64,000 nt of DNA from an uncultured Pseudomonadota bacterium (lineage in GTDB: Bacteria; Pseudomonadota; Alphaproteobacteria; Rhizobiales; Xanthobacteraceae): positions 193,663-257,662 of the forward strand of contig CAWFBL010000001.1 in assembly GCA_963814065.1 (NCBI GenBank). The letters run 5' to 3'. Positions 49,307 through 60,087 of the stretch are shown here, one piece after another. The notes under the pieces are model-generated. The model saw only the letters and a list, made by a program, of their open reading frames with translations, had not been told where the DNA came from and did no database searches. Numbering within the stretch: position 1 is the stretch's first letter; each line of letters starts with the position of its first letter. Position numbers and translations under genes: made by a program.

Positions 49307-49346
49307 GTCATTCCAGGCTCGCTCAACGCGAGCACGTCGGAATGAC
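49307..49346. repeat. REP-type hairpin GTCATTCC...GGAATGAC immediately downstream of puuD
   Basis: 8-bp perfect outer arms (49307-49314 and 49339-49346) with an inner GC-rich imperfect repeat. It lies 5 nt after the puuD stop on the minus strand and may act as a terminator. Confidence 0.6.
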
Positions 49347-49351
49347 TGCGC

Positions 49352-50581
49352 TTACTTCGTCGGCGCGCCGGCGGCGATCCAGGCCGCGAGCATCTGGCGA
49401 TCCTGCGGCGTCAGCTCGGTGATGTTGCCCGGCGGCATGGCGTGGGAATCGACCGCGTTGATGGCAATCATGTTGGCGTGCAGCTTGATCGCCTCGGCGC
49501 TGTCGAGCCGCACGCCCTTTGGCGCCGCGGCGATGCCCGGCCACAGCGGCTGCTGGGCGTGGCACATGCTGCAATGCGCAAACACCACGTTCTGCACGTC
49601 TTCGAAGCTCGGGGTCTTCTCCAGCGCGGCCGCCTGCGGGCCGGGCGGGCCGGCCGCCGACAGCCAGGCGATGGCAATCATGCCGGCCGCCGCCAGGCCC
49701 CAAGTCCACCATGGGCTGCCTTTGCCCTCGTGCCGCGAATTGAAGAAGTGCCGGATCACCGGCCCGATCAGCAGCACGATGGCGACGATGACCCAGTTGT
49801 AGCGGGTGCCGAAGAACAGCGGGAAATGGTTGCTCAGCATCAGAAAGACGACCGGCAGGGTCAGGTAGTTGTTGTGCACCGAGCGCTGTTTTCCAACCTC
49901 GCCCCAATAAGGCTCCGGCTCTTGGCCGGCGATGAGCGCGGCCACCGTCTTCTTCTGGTAGGGGATGATGATGACGAACACGTTCGCCACCATGATGGTG
50001 CCGATCAGCGCGCCAATCTGGGTGAAGGCGCCGCGGCCGCTGAACACGTGTGTGAAGAGATAAGTGAGCGCGACCAGGAACACGTAGCCGACGATCGCCA
50101 GCGCCACTTCGTGCTTGCCGAGCGGCGAGCGGCACAATCCTTCATAGGCGAGCCAGGCGGCGACCAGGCTGAAGAAGGCGATCAGCGCCGCTTGCGTCGC
50201 GGTCAGCGTCAGCACCGATTTGTCGACCAGGAACAGATCGGCGTTGAAATAATAGACCAGCACCAAGAGCGCGAAGCCGGAGAGCCAGGTCGTATAGGCT
50301 TCCCATTTGAACCAGGTCAGCTCATCCGGCATCTCGGACGGCGCCACCATGAACTTGATCATCTGGTAGAAGCCGCCGCCGTGCACCTGCCAGGCGTCGC
50401 CCTTGACCCCGTCAGGCAGGTCTTGGCGCTTCTTCAGGCTGAGATCGAGGTGGATGAAGTAGAACGACGAGCCGATCCAGGCGATGCCGGCAATGACGTG
50501 CAGCCAGCGGAAGATCGCGCTCACCCATTCGGTGATGATGATGTCCACGACGATACGCCCTTCATGAGCCGGCCCCGTCAC
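49352..50581 (-). CDS. puuD: Urate hydroxylase PuuD (membrane protein with C-terminal cytochrome c domain)
   Basis: N-terminal membrane domain (FRWLHVIAGIAWIGSSFYFIHLD) and a C-terminal CSMCH heme-c motif, in a purine-catabolism context. The start is GTG 50581 or GTG 50548. Confidence 0.82.
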   Translation of the reverse strand: MTGPAHEGRIVVDIIITEWVSAIFRWLHVIAGIAWIGSSFYFIHLDLSLKKRQDLPDGVKGDAWQVHGGGFYQMIKFMVAPSEMPDELTWFKWEAYTTWLSGFALLVLVYYFNADLFLVDKSVLTLTATQAALIAFFSLVAAWLAYEGLCRSPLGKHEVALAIVGYVFLVALTYLFTHVFSGRGAFTQIGALIGTIMVANVFVIIIPYQKKTVAALIAGQEPEPYWGEVGKQRSVHNNYLTLPVVFLMLSNHFPLFFGTRYNWVIVAIVLLIGPVIRHFFNSRHEGKGSPWWTWGLAAAGMIAIAWLSAAGPPGPQAAALEKTPSFEDVQNVVFAHCSMCHAQQPLWPGIAAAPKGVRLDSAEAIKLHANMIAINAVDSHAMPPGNITELTPQDRQMLAAWIAAGAPTK

Positions 50582-50621
50582 TTTGGCAGCGCGTGCCGGT
50601 CAGTTCAAGGCGTGCAACAAA

Positions 50622-50715
50622 CTCCGCTCATTCCCGCGCAAGCGGGAATCCAGGATGATGTCGCACGAGCGGAATTTGCCGCCCTGGGTCCCCGCTTTCG
50701 CGGGGACGAGCGGTA
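50622..50715. repeat. Bipartite REP-like element (ATTCCCGCGCAAGCGGGAAT plus GTCCCCGCTTTCGCGGGGAC)
   Basis: Perfect hairpins at 50630-50649 and 50688-50707. Third copy of the composite. Confidence 0.8.
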
Positions 50716-50736
50716 GATTCGGCGGGCGAGCGCCGT

Positions 50737-51150
50737 TCACGCCGCCTCGATGCGGACCGGCTTGGCGCCTTCCCACAGCACGGAACGGCCGAGCTCGGCG
50801 AGCTTGTCGAGGTCGGAGGTGATGGTGAGAAAATGATTGCCGGCAAGCTGGCCCATCTTGCTGGCGAAATGTACGCCGCCATAGGCGAGCAGGATCTCGG
50901 TCTCGCTGATACCGCCCGGATAGACGATCATCTGCCCCGGCGCCGGATAGCTGGTGTGGTTCTCGTAAACGAGCCCGAAATCGTGCTCGCCGAGTGGGAT
51001 CCACACCCCTTCACCGCTCCAGCGCACGTGGATGATCTTGTTCTCGTACGGCAAAAGCTGTTTGAAAACCGCGCAGGTGTTGGGCGCCGCCGCCGTCTCG
51101 AAATGCGCATCGAACGTGAACGGCCCGGCCGTGACGCGAAGCTTGTCCAT
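50737..51150 (-). CDS. DUF3830 family protein (cyclophilin-like fold; commonly linked to puuE/ureide genes)
   Basis: 137 aa, with MDKLRVTAGPFTFDAHFETAAAPNTCAVFKQLLP...HVRWSGEGVW matching my recollection of DUF3830. SD GAGGGA. Divergent from puuE. Confidence 0.7.
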   Translation of the reverse strand: MDKLRVTAGPFTFDAHFETAAAPNTCAVFKQLLPYENKIIHVRWSGEGVWIPLGEHDFGLVYENHTSYPAPGQMIVYPGGISETEILLAYGGVHFASKMGQLAGNHFLTITSDLDKLAELGRSVLWEGAKPVRIEAA

Positions 51151-51251
51151 CCGCTGATCCCTCGAAAAGTCTGTTATGCGCGAAAGCGCGGGCGCGAACC
51201 AGATTATTTTGCGCCTGCCGCCCCGCCAACAGGCTTGAGCCTTCCGCGCCC

Positions 51252-52205
51252 ATGACGCATCCTCAATTCATGTCAGACGCCCGCTATCCCCGCGACCTGA
51301 TCGGCTACGGCCGCAACCCGCCCGATCCGAAATGGCCGGGGCGGGCCCGCGTCGCCGTGCAATTCGTGGTCAATTACGAGGAGGGCGGCGAGCGCTCGAT
51401 CCTGCACGGCGATCCGGAGTCGGAAGCTTTCCTCTCCGACGTGCTCGGCGCCGTGCCGTGGCCCGGCCAGCGCCACATGAATGTCGAGTCCATGTACGAA
51501 TACGGTTCGCGCGCCGGCTTCTGGCGGCTGTGGCGTCTGTTCAAGGCGCGCGGCCTGCCGGTGACGGTCTTTGCCGTCGCCACCGCGCTGGCCCGCAATG
51601 CTGAAGTCGTCGCCGCCATGCGCGAGGCCAATTGGGAGATCGCCAGCCACGGGCTGAAATGGATCGACTACAAGGATTTCGGCGAGGCCGAAGAGCGCGT
51701 GCAGATGGCGGAAGCGATCCACATCCACACCCAGGCAACCGGCGAGCGCCCGCTCGGCTGGTATACAGGGCGCTCCTCGGTCAATTCGCTCAATTGCGTG
51801 CTCGACGACGGCGGTTTCGTCTATTCCTCGGATTCGTATGCCGACGATCTGCCCTACTGGGTGAGGGGCCCGAGCGCGCCCCATGTCATTATTCCCTATA
51901 CGCTCGACAACAACGACATGCGCTTCATCAACCCTCAAGGCTTCGGCTCGAGCGACGACTTCTTCGCTTACCTGCGCGACGCCTTCGACGTGCTCTATGC
52001 CGAAGGCGAAGACACCCCGAAGATGATGTCGGTCGGACTGCATTGCCGGCTCGCCGGCCGGCCCGGGCGCACCGCCGGGCTGATCCGTTTTCTCGATCAC
52101 ATCGCCGCTCACGACCGCGTCTGGGTCGCGACCCGGCTCGACATCGCCCGCCACTGGCAGAACGTGCATCAAGCGCTCGCCAAGCAAGCCCCGTTGGCAA
52201 CATGA
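51252..52205 (+). CDS. puuE: Allantoinase PuuE (polysaccharide deacetylase family)
   Basis: YPRDLIGYGRNPPDPKWPGRARVAVQFVVNYEEGGE is the typical PuuE N-terminus. 317 aa. The ureide-pathway neighbours agree. Confidence 0.88.
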   Translation: MTHPQFMSDARYPRDLIGYGRNPPDPKWPGRARVAVQFVVNYEEGGERSILHGDPESEAFLSDVLGAVPWPGQRHMNVESMYEYGSRAGFWRLWRLFKARGLPVTVFAVATALARNAEVVAAMREANWEIASHGLKWIDYKDFGEAEERVQMAEAIHIHTQATGERPLGWYTGRSSVNSLNCVLDDGGFVYSSDSYADDLPYWVRGPSAPHVIIPYTLDNNDMRFINPQGFGSSDDFFAYLRDAFDVLYAEGEDTPKMMSVGLHCRLAGRPGRTAGLIRFLDHIAAHDRVWVATRLDIARHWQNVHQALAKQAPLAT

Positions 52206-53083
52206 CAGCGCTCGACCAGCTCAATACCGGCGACCGCGCGCAATTCGTCGCGGCGCTTGGCGCCATCTACGAGCATTCGCCCTGGGTGGCGGAGGCGGTC
52301 GCTGACAAGCGTCCGTTCGCGAGCCTCGCCGCGTTGCACGAGGCCATGAGCGCGGCGGTGCTCGCCGCCGAAGATGCCCGCAAGCTCGCGCTGCTCAATG
52401 CCCATCCCGATCTCGCCGGCAAGGCGGCGCGCGCCGGCGCCCTGACCGCCGATTCCAAGAGCGAGCAGGGCAGCGTCGGCCTCGATCGCTTGAGCGACGA
52501 AGCGTTCGACACTTTCCATCGCCTCAATACGGCCTATCGCGACAAGTTCGGTTTTCCGTTCATCATCTGCGTGCGCCGCCACGGCCGCGATTCGATTTTC
52601 CGTCAGTTCGAGCGTCGCCTGCAGAACGATGTCGCCGCCGAACGCGGCAGTGCGTTACGCGAGGTCGTGCGCATCGCCGCCTTGCGGCTCGCGCAGCATG
52701 TCGAGGCGCCGGACGAACTGCCGGTGCACGGCCGGCTGTCGACCCATGTGCTCGACACGCATCGGGGGGCACCGGCGCAAGGCGTCGCGCTTGAGCTGCA
52801 TGAGCTCTTCGACGACGGCGGAACTCGCCTGGTTACCGCCGGCGCCACCAATGCCGATGGCCGCACCGACGTGCCGCTGATCGCCGGCCGCCCGCTGCCG
52901 ATCGCGCGGTACCAGCTGCGCTTTGCGGTCGGAGACTATTTCAAGGGCCGCGGGGTTCCGCTCACCGATCCGCCATTCCTCGATACCGTGCCCTTGCAAT
53001 TCGCCGTCGCCGAGCCGGAGGGCCATTATCACGTGCCGTTGATTGTCACACCCTGGAGCTACACTACGTACCGGGGCAGTTGA
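52202..53083 (+). CDS. Bifunctional OHCU decarboxylase (N-terminal) / 5-hydroxyisourate hydrolase (C-terminal, transthyretin-like)
   Basis: N-terminal half: AIYEHSPWVAE...LNAHPDLAG...FGFPFIICV (UraD-like). C-terminal half: LSTHVLDTHRGAPA...HYHVPLIVTPWSYTTYRGS, with the HIUase C-terminal YRGS signature. ATGA overlap with puuE. Confidence 0.88.
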   Translation: MTALDQLNTGDRAQFVAALGAIYEHSPWVAEAVADKRPFASLAALHEAMSAAVLAAEDARKLALLNAHPDLAGKAARAGALTADSKSEQGSVGLDRLSDEAFDTFHRLNTAYRDKFGFPFIICVRRHGRDSIFRQFERRLQNDVAAERGSALREVVRIAALRLAQHVEAPDELPVHGRLSTHVLDTHRGAPAQGVALELHELFDDGGTRLVTAGATNADGRTDVPLIAGRPLPIARYQLRFAVGDYFKGRGVPLTDPPFLDTVPLQFAVAEPEGHYHVPLIVTPWSYTTYRGS

Positions 53084-53107
53084 CCCGCTTTCGATAAGGA
53101 TCCTGGA

Positions 53108-54335
53108 ATGCCCATCCGGCCCGACCGTCTCATCGGCGATTTGCGCGCGCTTGCGCAGATCGGCAAATACGAAACCGGCGTGAACCGGCCGGCCTTCAGC
53201 GCCGAAGATATCGCCTCGCGCGAATGGCTGCGCGACAAGCTGCGGGAGGCGGGGCTTACCGCCGAGATCGACGGGGTCGGTAACGTCTATGGCCGCATGG
53301 ACTCGGCGGAACGAGCGGTGTTGATCGGCTCGCACAGCGACACGGTACCCAAGGGCGGCTGGCTCGATGGCGCGCTCGGAGTCATCTACGGCCTCGAAAT
53401 CGCGCGCTGCATCGCCGAGAGCGGCGGTGCCAAGCTCGGCGTCGACGTGATCTCGTTCGAGGACGAGGAGGGCACCTATCTCGGCCTCCTGGGCTCGCGC
53501 TCGTTCTGCGGCGAGGATGTCGCTCGTGGAGATGAACGCGGCCGTCGGTCCGGACGGCAAGACCACTGCATCGCGCGATCGAAGATGCCGGGTTGCGCGC
53601 CAACCCGCTGGCGCGCCTCGACCCCAAGCGCCATGTCGCCTATCTCGAAGGCCATATCGAGCAGGGCCCGCGCCTGGAAAGCGGCGGCACCCAGATCGGC
53701 GTCGTCAGCGCCATCGTCGGCATCAAGAACATGCGCGTTACGTTTCACGGCGAGGCCAATCACGCCGGCACCACGCCCATGGCGATGCGCCACGACGCCG
53801 GCGCCGCCGCGCTGACCTTCGGCGCCGACCTGCAGCCGCGGCTGCGCGCGGCCGGCGGCGTCGAGACGGTGTGGAACGTCGGCAGTGCGCGCTTCGAGCC
53901 GGGCGCCATCAATGTGGTGCCCGCCGAGGCGGAGCTGATCGTGCAACTGCGCGATACCGTCGGCAAGAACGCTGCAAAAGCTGGAGCAGGTCGTCCGCGA
54001 TGCCGCCAGCGCCGCCGCCAAGTACTGCAAGGTCACGGCCGATACCGTCGTGATGCAGGATACCCCGCCGTCCGCCATGGACTCGAAGCTCGCCGGCCTG
54101 ATCGATCAAGCGGCCTCCGAGCTCGACGCCTCGCACATCACGTTGCCGAGCGGCGCCGGCCACGACGCCATGATCATGGCGACGCATCTGCCGTCGGCGA
54201 TGCTGTTCGTGCCCTCGATCGGCGGGCGCAGCCATCACATCTCCGAGGACACCAGCGAGGACGGATCTCGTCGTGGGCGCCGAGGTGCTGCTGCGCGCGG
54301 TCGAGCTGCTGATGGCGGAGCGCCGGCGCGGCTGA
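53108..54335 (+). pseudogene. M20-family amidase, hydantoinase/carbamoylase type (allantoate amidohydrolase-like), disrupted by four frameshifts
   Basis: Homologous segments lie in alternating frames. Frame 0: MPIRPDRLIGDL..GSHSDTVPKGGWLDGALGV..SFCGED, up to about 53518. Frame +1: SLVEMNAAVGPDGKT. Frame +2: LHRAIEDAGL..HVAYLEGHIEQGP..FHGEANHAGTTPM..LRDTVGK, up to about 53957. Frame 0: TLQKLEQVV..SGAGHDAM..GGRSHHISEDTSED, up to about 54262. Frame +1: DLVVGAEVLLRAVELLMAERRRG, stop at 54333-54335. Confidence 0.78.
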
Positions 54336-54613
54336 CCCCTTCTGCGACAATTTGCGCAAGGCCACTGCCGGGCGTCGGGCCGCGCCGGCAGCCGCCTGCG
54401 CACTGCTCAGCGGCCATTCTGCATAAAATATGAGCAAAAATCGCGAATTGTATGCAATTCAGCCAGCGCCAGGAACAGGCGGCCGGATAGCGCCAAAGCG
54501 GTAATTCATGACGCTTTATCAATGCGCTAAAGGAAATATTCGGATCAATGCGGGCTTGGCACGGGCTTTGCGAAATTTCTCCCAAGGCATCCTTTTGGCA
54601 TCGGGAGGTTTCG

Positions 54614-56242
54614 ATGAAGCGTGGTGGAATGAAACGCCGTGATTTTCTCAAGTCGACGGCGGCGGTCGCGGCCGGCAGCGCGCTCGGCATGCCGGCGGTG
54701 TTCTCCGCCGAGGCGGCTTCGCGCAAGGAGACGTTGCTGCTGATCACCGAGAACGGCCCCAACAATCTCGACATCCAGGGGCTCGGCACCAACCGTCCCG
54801 GCTACGAGGCGTCGTGGAACTGCTACGACCGCCTGATCACGCACCCGACCAAGACGTTGGCGGACGGCTCGCTCTCCTACGACAAATCGAAATTCGAGCC
54901 CGAACTCGCCGAGGACATGAAGATCGGCGACAACTCGGTCACCTTCAAACTGAAGAAGAGCGCCAAATTCCAGGACGGCACGCCGGTCACCGCCAAGGAC
55001 GTCAAATGGTCGTTCGACCGCGCCATCGGCGTCGGCGGTTTCCCGCGCGTGCAGATGAAGGCGGGCTCGCTCGAAAAGCCGGAACAGTTCGTCGTCGTCG
55101 ACGACCACACCTTCCGCGTCGACTTCATCAAGAAGAACCGCCTGACCATCCCCGATATCGCGGTGATCGTGCCCAGCATCTACAATTCCGGTCTGGTCAA
55201 GAAGCATGCGAGCGAGAAGGATCCGTGGGCGCTCGCCTACACCAAGAGCAATACGGCCGGCTCGGGCGCCTACAAGGTCACGAGCTGGAAGCCCGGCGTC
55301 GAGACCGTCTATGAGCGCAATGACGCCTGGGTGGGCGGCAAGCTGCCCGAGCTCAAGAAGGTCATCTGGCGCACCATTCCATCGGCCGGCAACCGCCGTG
55401 CGCTGATGGAGCGGGGCGACGCCGACATCTCCTTCGACCTTCCGGCGAAGGATTTCACCGAGATGAAGAAGCAGGCCAAGCTCAAGCTGGTCTCCAACAC
55501 CATCGGCAACGGCATGTACTCGCTTGAGCTGAACGTGGTGAAGCCGCCGTTCAACAACATGAAGGTCCGGCAGGCGATCGCCTACGCGCTTCCCTACGAT
55601 AAGATCATCGAAGCTGCGATGTACGGCCACGCGCGGCCGCTGTTCGGCGGCCCGTCCAACGACGTGACCAGCACCGAGTGGCCGCAGCCCACCGGCTACA
55701 AGACCGACCTCGCCAAGGCCAAGGCCCTGATGAAGGAATTGGGCGCCGGTCCGATCGAATCGGTCATTTCGTTCGACCTCGGCGACGCCGTGAATTCCGA
55801 GCCGATGGCCGTGCTGATCCAGGAAAGCCTCGCCAAGATCGGCATCAAGCTTTCCATCAGCAAGGTGCCGGGCGCCAATTGGCGCAGCGAAATGGCGAAG
55901 AAGTCCATGCCGATGATGGTCAACTTCTTCTCCGGCTGGCTGGACTATCCGGAATACTTCTTCTTCTGGTGCTATTCCGGGCAGAACGCGATCTTCAACA
56001 CGCCGAGCTACGTCAACAAGGACATGGACGCCCTCATCAACGGCGCCTATGCCGCCGCCGCCGTCGGCGAGAAGGAAAAATACGCCAAGGATGTCGAGGG
56101 CTTCATCTCCATGGCCTATCACGACGTCCCGCGCGTGCCGATCTTCCAGCCCTACCTCAACGTGGCGATGCAGAAGAACATCTCCGGCTACCAGTATTGG
56201 TTCCACCGGCAGGTCGACTACCGCAAGATCGTCAAGGCATGA
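54614..56242 (+). CDS. ABC transporter substrate-binding protein, family 5 (peptide/nickel/opine type), Tat signal
   Basis: MKRGGMKRRDFLKSTAAVAAGSALG twin-arginine signal, followed by family-5 SBP-like sequence. The ATG at 54614 has GGGAGG upstream. Confidence 0.88.
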   Translation: MKRGGMKRRDFLKSTAAVAAGSALGMPAVFSAEAASRKETLLLITENGPNNLDIQGLGTNRPGYEASWNCYDRLITHPTKTLADGSLSYDKSKFEPELAEDMKIGDNSVTFKLKKSAKFQDGTPVTAKDVKWSFDRAIGVGGFPRVQMKAGSLEKPEQFVVVDDHTFRVDFIKKNRLTIPDIAVIVPSIYNSGLVKKHASEKDPWALAYTKSNTAGSGAYKVTSWKPGVETVYERNDAWVGGKLPELKKVIWRTIPSAGNRRALMERGDADISFDLPAKDFTEMKKQAKLKLVSNTIGNGMYSLELNVVKPPFNNMKVRQAIAYALPYDKIIEAAMYGHARPLFGGPSNDVTSTEWPQPTGYKTDLAKAKALMKELGAGPIESVISFDLGDAVNSEPMAVLIQESLAKIGIKLSISKVPGANWRSEMAKKSMPMMVNFFSGWLDYPEYFFFWCYSGQNAIFNTPSYVNKDMDALINGAYAAAAVGEKEKYAKDVEGFISMAYHDVPRVPIFQPYLNVAMQKNISGYQYWFHRQVDYRKIVKA

Positions 56243-56363
56243 GGCTTGCATGAAAGCTGCCTGAATAAGACGGCGCGCGTCATTTCCGGCGCGCGCCGCT
56301 CACGCGACCGGGAGCACCGGCAAGCCAGGCGCCGGAACCGGTGACGCACCGGGAAGTGACGAC

Positions 56364-57377
56364 ATGCTCGCGACCATCGGCAAGCGGCTGCTGACCGTAA
56401 TCCCGACGCTGATCGGCGTCGTGATCGTGACCTTCCTGCTCACGCGCGTGCTGCCGGGCGATCCGGCGATCTATTTCGCCGGCCCCGCGGCAACGCCGCA
56501 ATCGATCGCCGATGTCCGCAAGAGCCTCGGCCTCGACCAGCCGCTGCCCGAGCAGTTCGTGCACTATGTCGACGATCTGGCGCACGGCAACTTCGGCAAC
56601 TCGCTCTCGACCGGCAAGCCGGTGGCGACCGAAATCACCAGCCGGCTGCCCGCTTCCGCCGAGCTGACGCTGCTCGGCCTGATCCTGTCGATCGTCATCG
56701 CGGTCCCGCTCGGGATATTGGCCGCGGTGAAGCAGGGCTCCTGGATCGACCACGCCTGCCGCGTCGTCACCACCGCCGGCGTGTCGCTGCCGGTGTTCTT
56801 CACCGGCCTGCTTCTGGTCTACGTCTTCTATTTCCGCCTCGGCTGGTCGCCGGCGCCGGTCGGCCGGCTCGACGCCTTCAGTTCGGCGCCGCCGCAGATC
56901 ACTGGCTTTTATCTGATCGACAGCCTGGTCACCGGCGACCTTGAAACCTTCCGCGCCGCGCTCGGCCAACTGATCCTGCCGGCCTTGACGCTCAGCATCT
57001 TTTCGCTGGCGCCGATCGCGCGCATGACGCGCGCCTCGATGCTCGCCGTGCTCGCCTCCGAATTCGTGCGCACCGCGCGCGCCAGCGGCCTCTCCAATCG
57101 CACGGTCATCCTCACTTACGCTTTCCGCAATGCCATGCTGCCGGTGGTGACCACGCTCGGCATGGTGTTCTCCTTTCTGCTCGGCGCCAACGTGCTGGTG
57201 GAGAAGGTGTTCGCCTGGCCCGGCATCGGCTCCTACGCGGTCGAGGCGCTGCTGCAATCGGACTTCGCGCCGGTGCAGGGCTTCGTGCTCACCATGGCGG
57301 TGCTTTACGTGGCGCTCAATCTGCTGATCGACATCCTCTACGGCGTCATCGATCCGCGCGTGAGGTTGGAAGGATGA
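56364..57377 (+). CDS. ABC transporter permease (DppB/OppB-like)
   Basis: 337 aa with N-terminus RLLTVIPTLIGVVIVTFLLTRVLPGDP and a C-terminal ...IDPRVR, typical of DppB. Confidence 0.9.
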   Translation: MLATIGKRLLTVIPTLIGVVIVTFLLTRVLPGDPAIYFAGPAATPQSIADVRKSLGLDQPLPEQFVHYVDDLAHGNFGNSLSTGKPVATEITSRLPASAELTLLGLILSIVIAVPLGILAAVKQGSWIDHACRVVTTAGVSLPVFFTGLLLVYVFYFRLGWSPAPVGRLDAFSSAPPQITGFYLIDSLVTGDLETFRAALGQLILPALTLSIFSLAPIARMTRASMLAVLASEFVRTARASGLSNRTVILTYAFRNAMLPVVTTLGMVFSFLLGANVLVEKVFAWPGIGSYAVEALLQSDFAPVQGFVLTMAVLYVALNLLIDILYGVIDPRVRLEG

Positions 57378-58294
57378 CCGACACCGTGGTGCAACAGCCC
57401 CCTGCAGGCGCGGTGGCGGCGCCGGAACCGGCAACGCCCAAACCAACGAGCAATTCGATGTGGCGCCACGCGCGCTACGTGATCTCGGAAAATCCGGTGA
57501 CTGGATTTGCCTTCGCGCTGTTCGCGCTGATCGCGATTTGCGCGCTGCTCGGCCCCTACATCGTGCCTTACGACCCGCTCGCGAGCGACGCATCGGCGAC
57601 CTTGCAGGCGCCGTCGTGGCATCACTGGTTCGGCACCGATCAACTCGGTCGCGATGTGCTGAGCCGCGTGGTGGTGGCGACCCGGCTCGACTTCGTGATC
57701 GCGCTGACCTCCGTTGTGCTGGTCTTTGCCATGGGCGGGCTTGCCGGCATCGCCGCCGGCTATTTCGGCGGCTGGACCGACCGGATCGTCAGCCGCATCT
57801 CCGACACCATCATGGCCTTTCCACTGTTCGTGCTGGCCATGGGCATCGTTGCCGCGCTCGGTAACACGGTGACCAATATCGTCATCGCCACCGCCATCAT
57901 CAACTTCCCGCTCTATGTGCGGGTGGCGCGCGCCGAGGCCAACGTGCGGCGCGACGCCGGCTTCGTGCAGGCGGCGCGGCTGTCGGGCAACGGCGAGTTC
58001 CGCATCCTTCTGATGCACATCCTGCCCAACATCATGCCGATCATGATGGTGCAGATTTCGCTCACCATGGGCTACGCCATCCTCAACGCGGCGGGCCTTT
58101 CGTTCATCGGCCTCGGCGTCAAGCCGCCGACGCCGGAGTGGGGGATCATGGTGGCGGAAGGCGCCACCAACATCATCTCCGGCGAATGGTGGGTGGCGCT
58201 GTTTCCGGGCGCGGCGCTGATGCTGGCGGTGTTCTGCTTCAACCTGCTCGGCGACGGCCTGCGCGATCTGGTCGATCCGCAAAGGAGAACCTGA
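57374..58294 (+). CDS. ABC transporter permease (DppC/OppC-like)
   Basis: 306 aa with HWFGTDQLGRDVLSRV and a C-terminal GDGLRDLVDP. 4-nt overlap with the upstream permease. Confidence 0.9.
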   Translation: MTDTVVQQPPAGAVAAPEPATPKPTSNSMWRHARYVISENPVTGFAFALFALIAICALLGPYIVPYDPLASDASATLQAPSWHHWFGTDQLGRDVLSRVVVATRLDFVIALTSVVLVFAMGGLAGIAAGYFGGWTDRIVSRISDTIMAFPLFVLAMGIVAALGNTVTNIVIATAIINFPLYVRVARAEANVRRDAGFVQAARLSGNGEFRILLMHILPNIMPIMMVQISLTMGYAILNAAGLSFIGLGVKPPTPEWGIMVAEGATNIISGEWWVALFPGAALMLAVFCFNLLGDGLRDLVDPQRRT

Positions 58295-58296
58295 TC

Positions 58297-60030
58297 ATGG
58301 ACGCCGTGGTCCAGCCATCCGCCGACACCGGCAAGGCGCTGCCGCTGCTCGAGGTGCGCGATCTCACCGTCGAATTCCACACCCGGCGCGGCACCGTGCG
58401 CGCGGTCGAGCACATCAACCTGTCGGTCGCCAAGGGCGAGACCGTCGGCATCGTCGGTGAATCCGGCTCCGGCAAGTCGGTCACCTCCTACGCCGTCATG
58501 CGCATCCTCGACCGTGCCGGCCATATCGCCGACGGCACGGTCGCCTTCTCGGGCCTCGACCTGCGCACCGCGCCTGAAAGGGAGATGCGCGACCTGCGCG
58601 GGCGCGAGATGTCCATGATCTTCCAGAGCCCGCGCCTGGCGCTCAACCCGATCCGCAAGATCGGCAAGCAGATCGAGGACGTGCTGTTGCAGCATGCCCA
58701 GGTCGGCAGCGAGGGGGTCAGCGAAAAGGCGGTGGAGATGCTCGACCTGGTGCGCATCGCGCGCCCCAAGGAGCGCTACCACGCCTACCCGTTCGAACTC
58801 TCCGGCGGCATGTGCCAGCGCGTGGTGATCGCGCTGGCGCTCGCTTGCCGCCCGCAACTGCTGATCGCCGACGAGCCGACCACCGGCCTTGACGTCACCA
58901 CGCAGAAAGCGGTCATGGATCTGACGGTCGAGCTCACGCGCGAGCGCGGCATGTCCATGGTTCTCATCACTCACGATCTCGGTCTGGCCGCCGCCTATTG
59001 CGACCGCGTGGTGGTGATGGAGAAGGGCCACGTGGTCGAGACCGCGGCCGCCGAAACCATCTTCAAGGCGCCGGCCCACGCCTATACGCGCAAGCTGATG
59101 CGGGCGACGCCGCGCGCCGGCGTCACCCTGCGCGACCTGCTGCCGGAGGGCGAAGCGCTCCCCGCGCGCGCGCCTTCGGGGGCGGGCGTGGCGCCGAACA
59201 AGGCGCCGCTGCTGTCGGTGGAGAACCTCGTCAAGGAGTATCCGCGCCAGGGCGCCGCCGGTTCGTTCTCCAAGCTGTTCGGCGCCAACAAGCCGGTGCC
59301 GGAAAGCGCCGTGTTCCGCGCCGTCGACGGCATCAGCTTTTCGATCGACCGCGGCGAGAGCGTCGGGCTGGTCGGCGAATCCGGCTGTGGCAAATCCACC
59401 ACTTCGATGATGGTGATGCGGCTGATCGACAAGACCGCCGGTCGCATCCTCTTCGACGGCAAGGACATCGGCGAAATCCCGGCCAGCCAGTTCGCCAAGC
59501 TGCCGCTGCGCAAGCGCATCCAGATGGTGTTCCAGGATCCGACCGACAGCCTCAATCCGCGCTTCACCGCCGTGCGCGCCATCGCCGATCCGATTCTGCG
59601 CATGGGGGATGTGAGCCGCGGCGAACTGCGCGCGCACTGCGAGGAACTGGCGCGTCAGGTCGGCTTGCCGATCGAACTGCTCGACCGTTTCCCGCATCAG
59701 CTTTCGGGCGGTCAGAAGGCCCGTGTCGGCATCGCGCGCGCCATCGCGCTCAAGCCCGACCTCGTCATTCTCGACGAGCCGACCGCCGCGCTCGACGTGT
59801 CGGTGCAGGCGGTCGTGCTCAATCTGCTGCAGGACCTGAAAGATTCGCTCGGCATGAGCTATCTGTTCGTGTCGCACGATCTCAACGTCGTGCGCTTGCT
59901 ATGCGACCGCGTGGTGGTGATGCAGACCGGCAAGATCGTCGAGCAGGGCGCGACCGAACAGGTGCTGGGCGCGCCGCAAGCCGCCTACACCCGCGATCTC
60001 TTGACGGCGATCCCGCACCCGCCGCTGTGA
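58297..60030 (+). CDS. ABC transporter ATP-binding protein, fused DppD/DppF-like double ATPase
   Basis: Two NBDs (GESGSGKS / LSGGMCQR / [12 protein letters not shown], and GESGCGKST / LSGGQKARV / [12 protein letters not shown]). The ATG at 58297 has AAAGGAG upstream. Confidence 0.92.
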   Translation: MDAVVQPSADTGKALPLLEVRDLTVEFHTRRGTVRAVEHINLSVAKGETVGIVGESGSGKSVTSYAVMRILDRAGHIADGTVAFSGLDLRTAPEREMRDLRGREMSMIFQSPRLALNPIRKIGKQIEDVLLQHAQVGSEGVSEKAVEMLDLVRIARPKERYHAYPFELSGGMCQRVVIALALACRPQLLIADEPTTGLDVTTQKAVMDLTVELTRERGMSMVLITHDLGLAAAYCDRVVVMEKGHVVETAAAETIFKAPAHAYTRKLMRATPRAGVTLRDLLPEGEALPARAPSGAGVAPNKAPLLSVENLVKEYPRQGAAGSFSKLFGANKPVPESAVFRAVDGISFSIDRGESVGLVGESGCGKSTTSMMVMRLIDKTAGRILFDGKDIGEIPASQFAKLPLRKRIQMVFQDPTDSLNPRFTAVRAIADPILRMGDVSRGELRAHCEELARQVGLPIELLDRFPHQLSGGQKARVGIARAIALKPDLVILDEPTAALDVSVQAVVLNLLQDLKDSLGMSYLFVSHDLNVVRLLCDRVVVMQTGKIVEQGATEQVLGAPQAAYTRDLLTAIPHPPL

Positions 60031-60087
60031 GCGGCGCGGGCCTTAGGGTCGCTCCGCTTGGGAATGGAATGGCCGGCGTGCCGCAAA

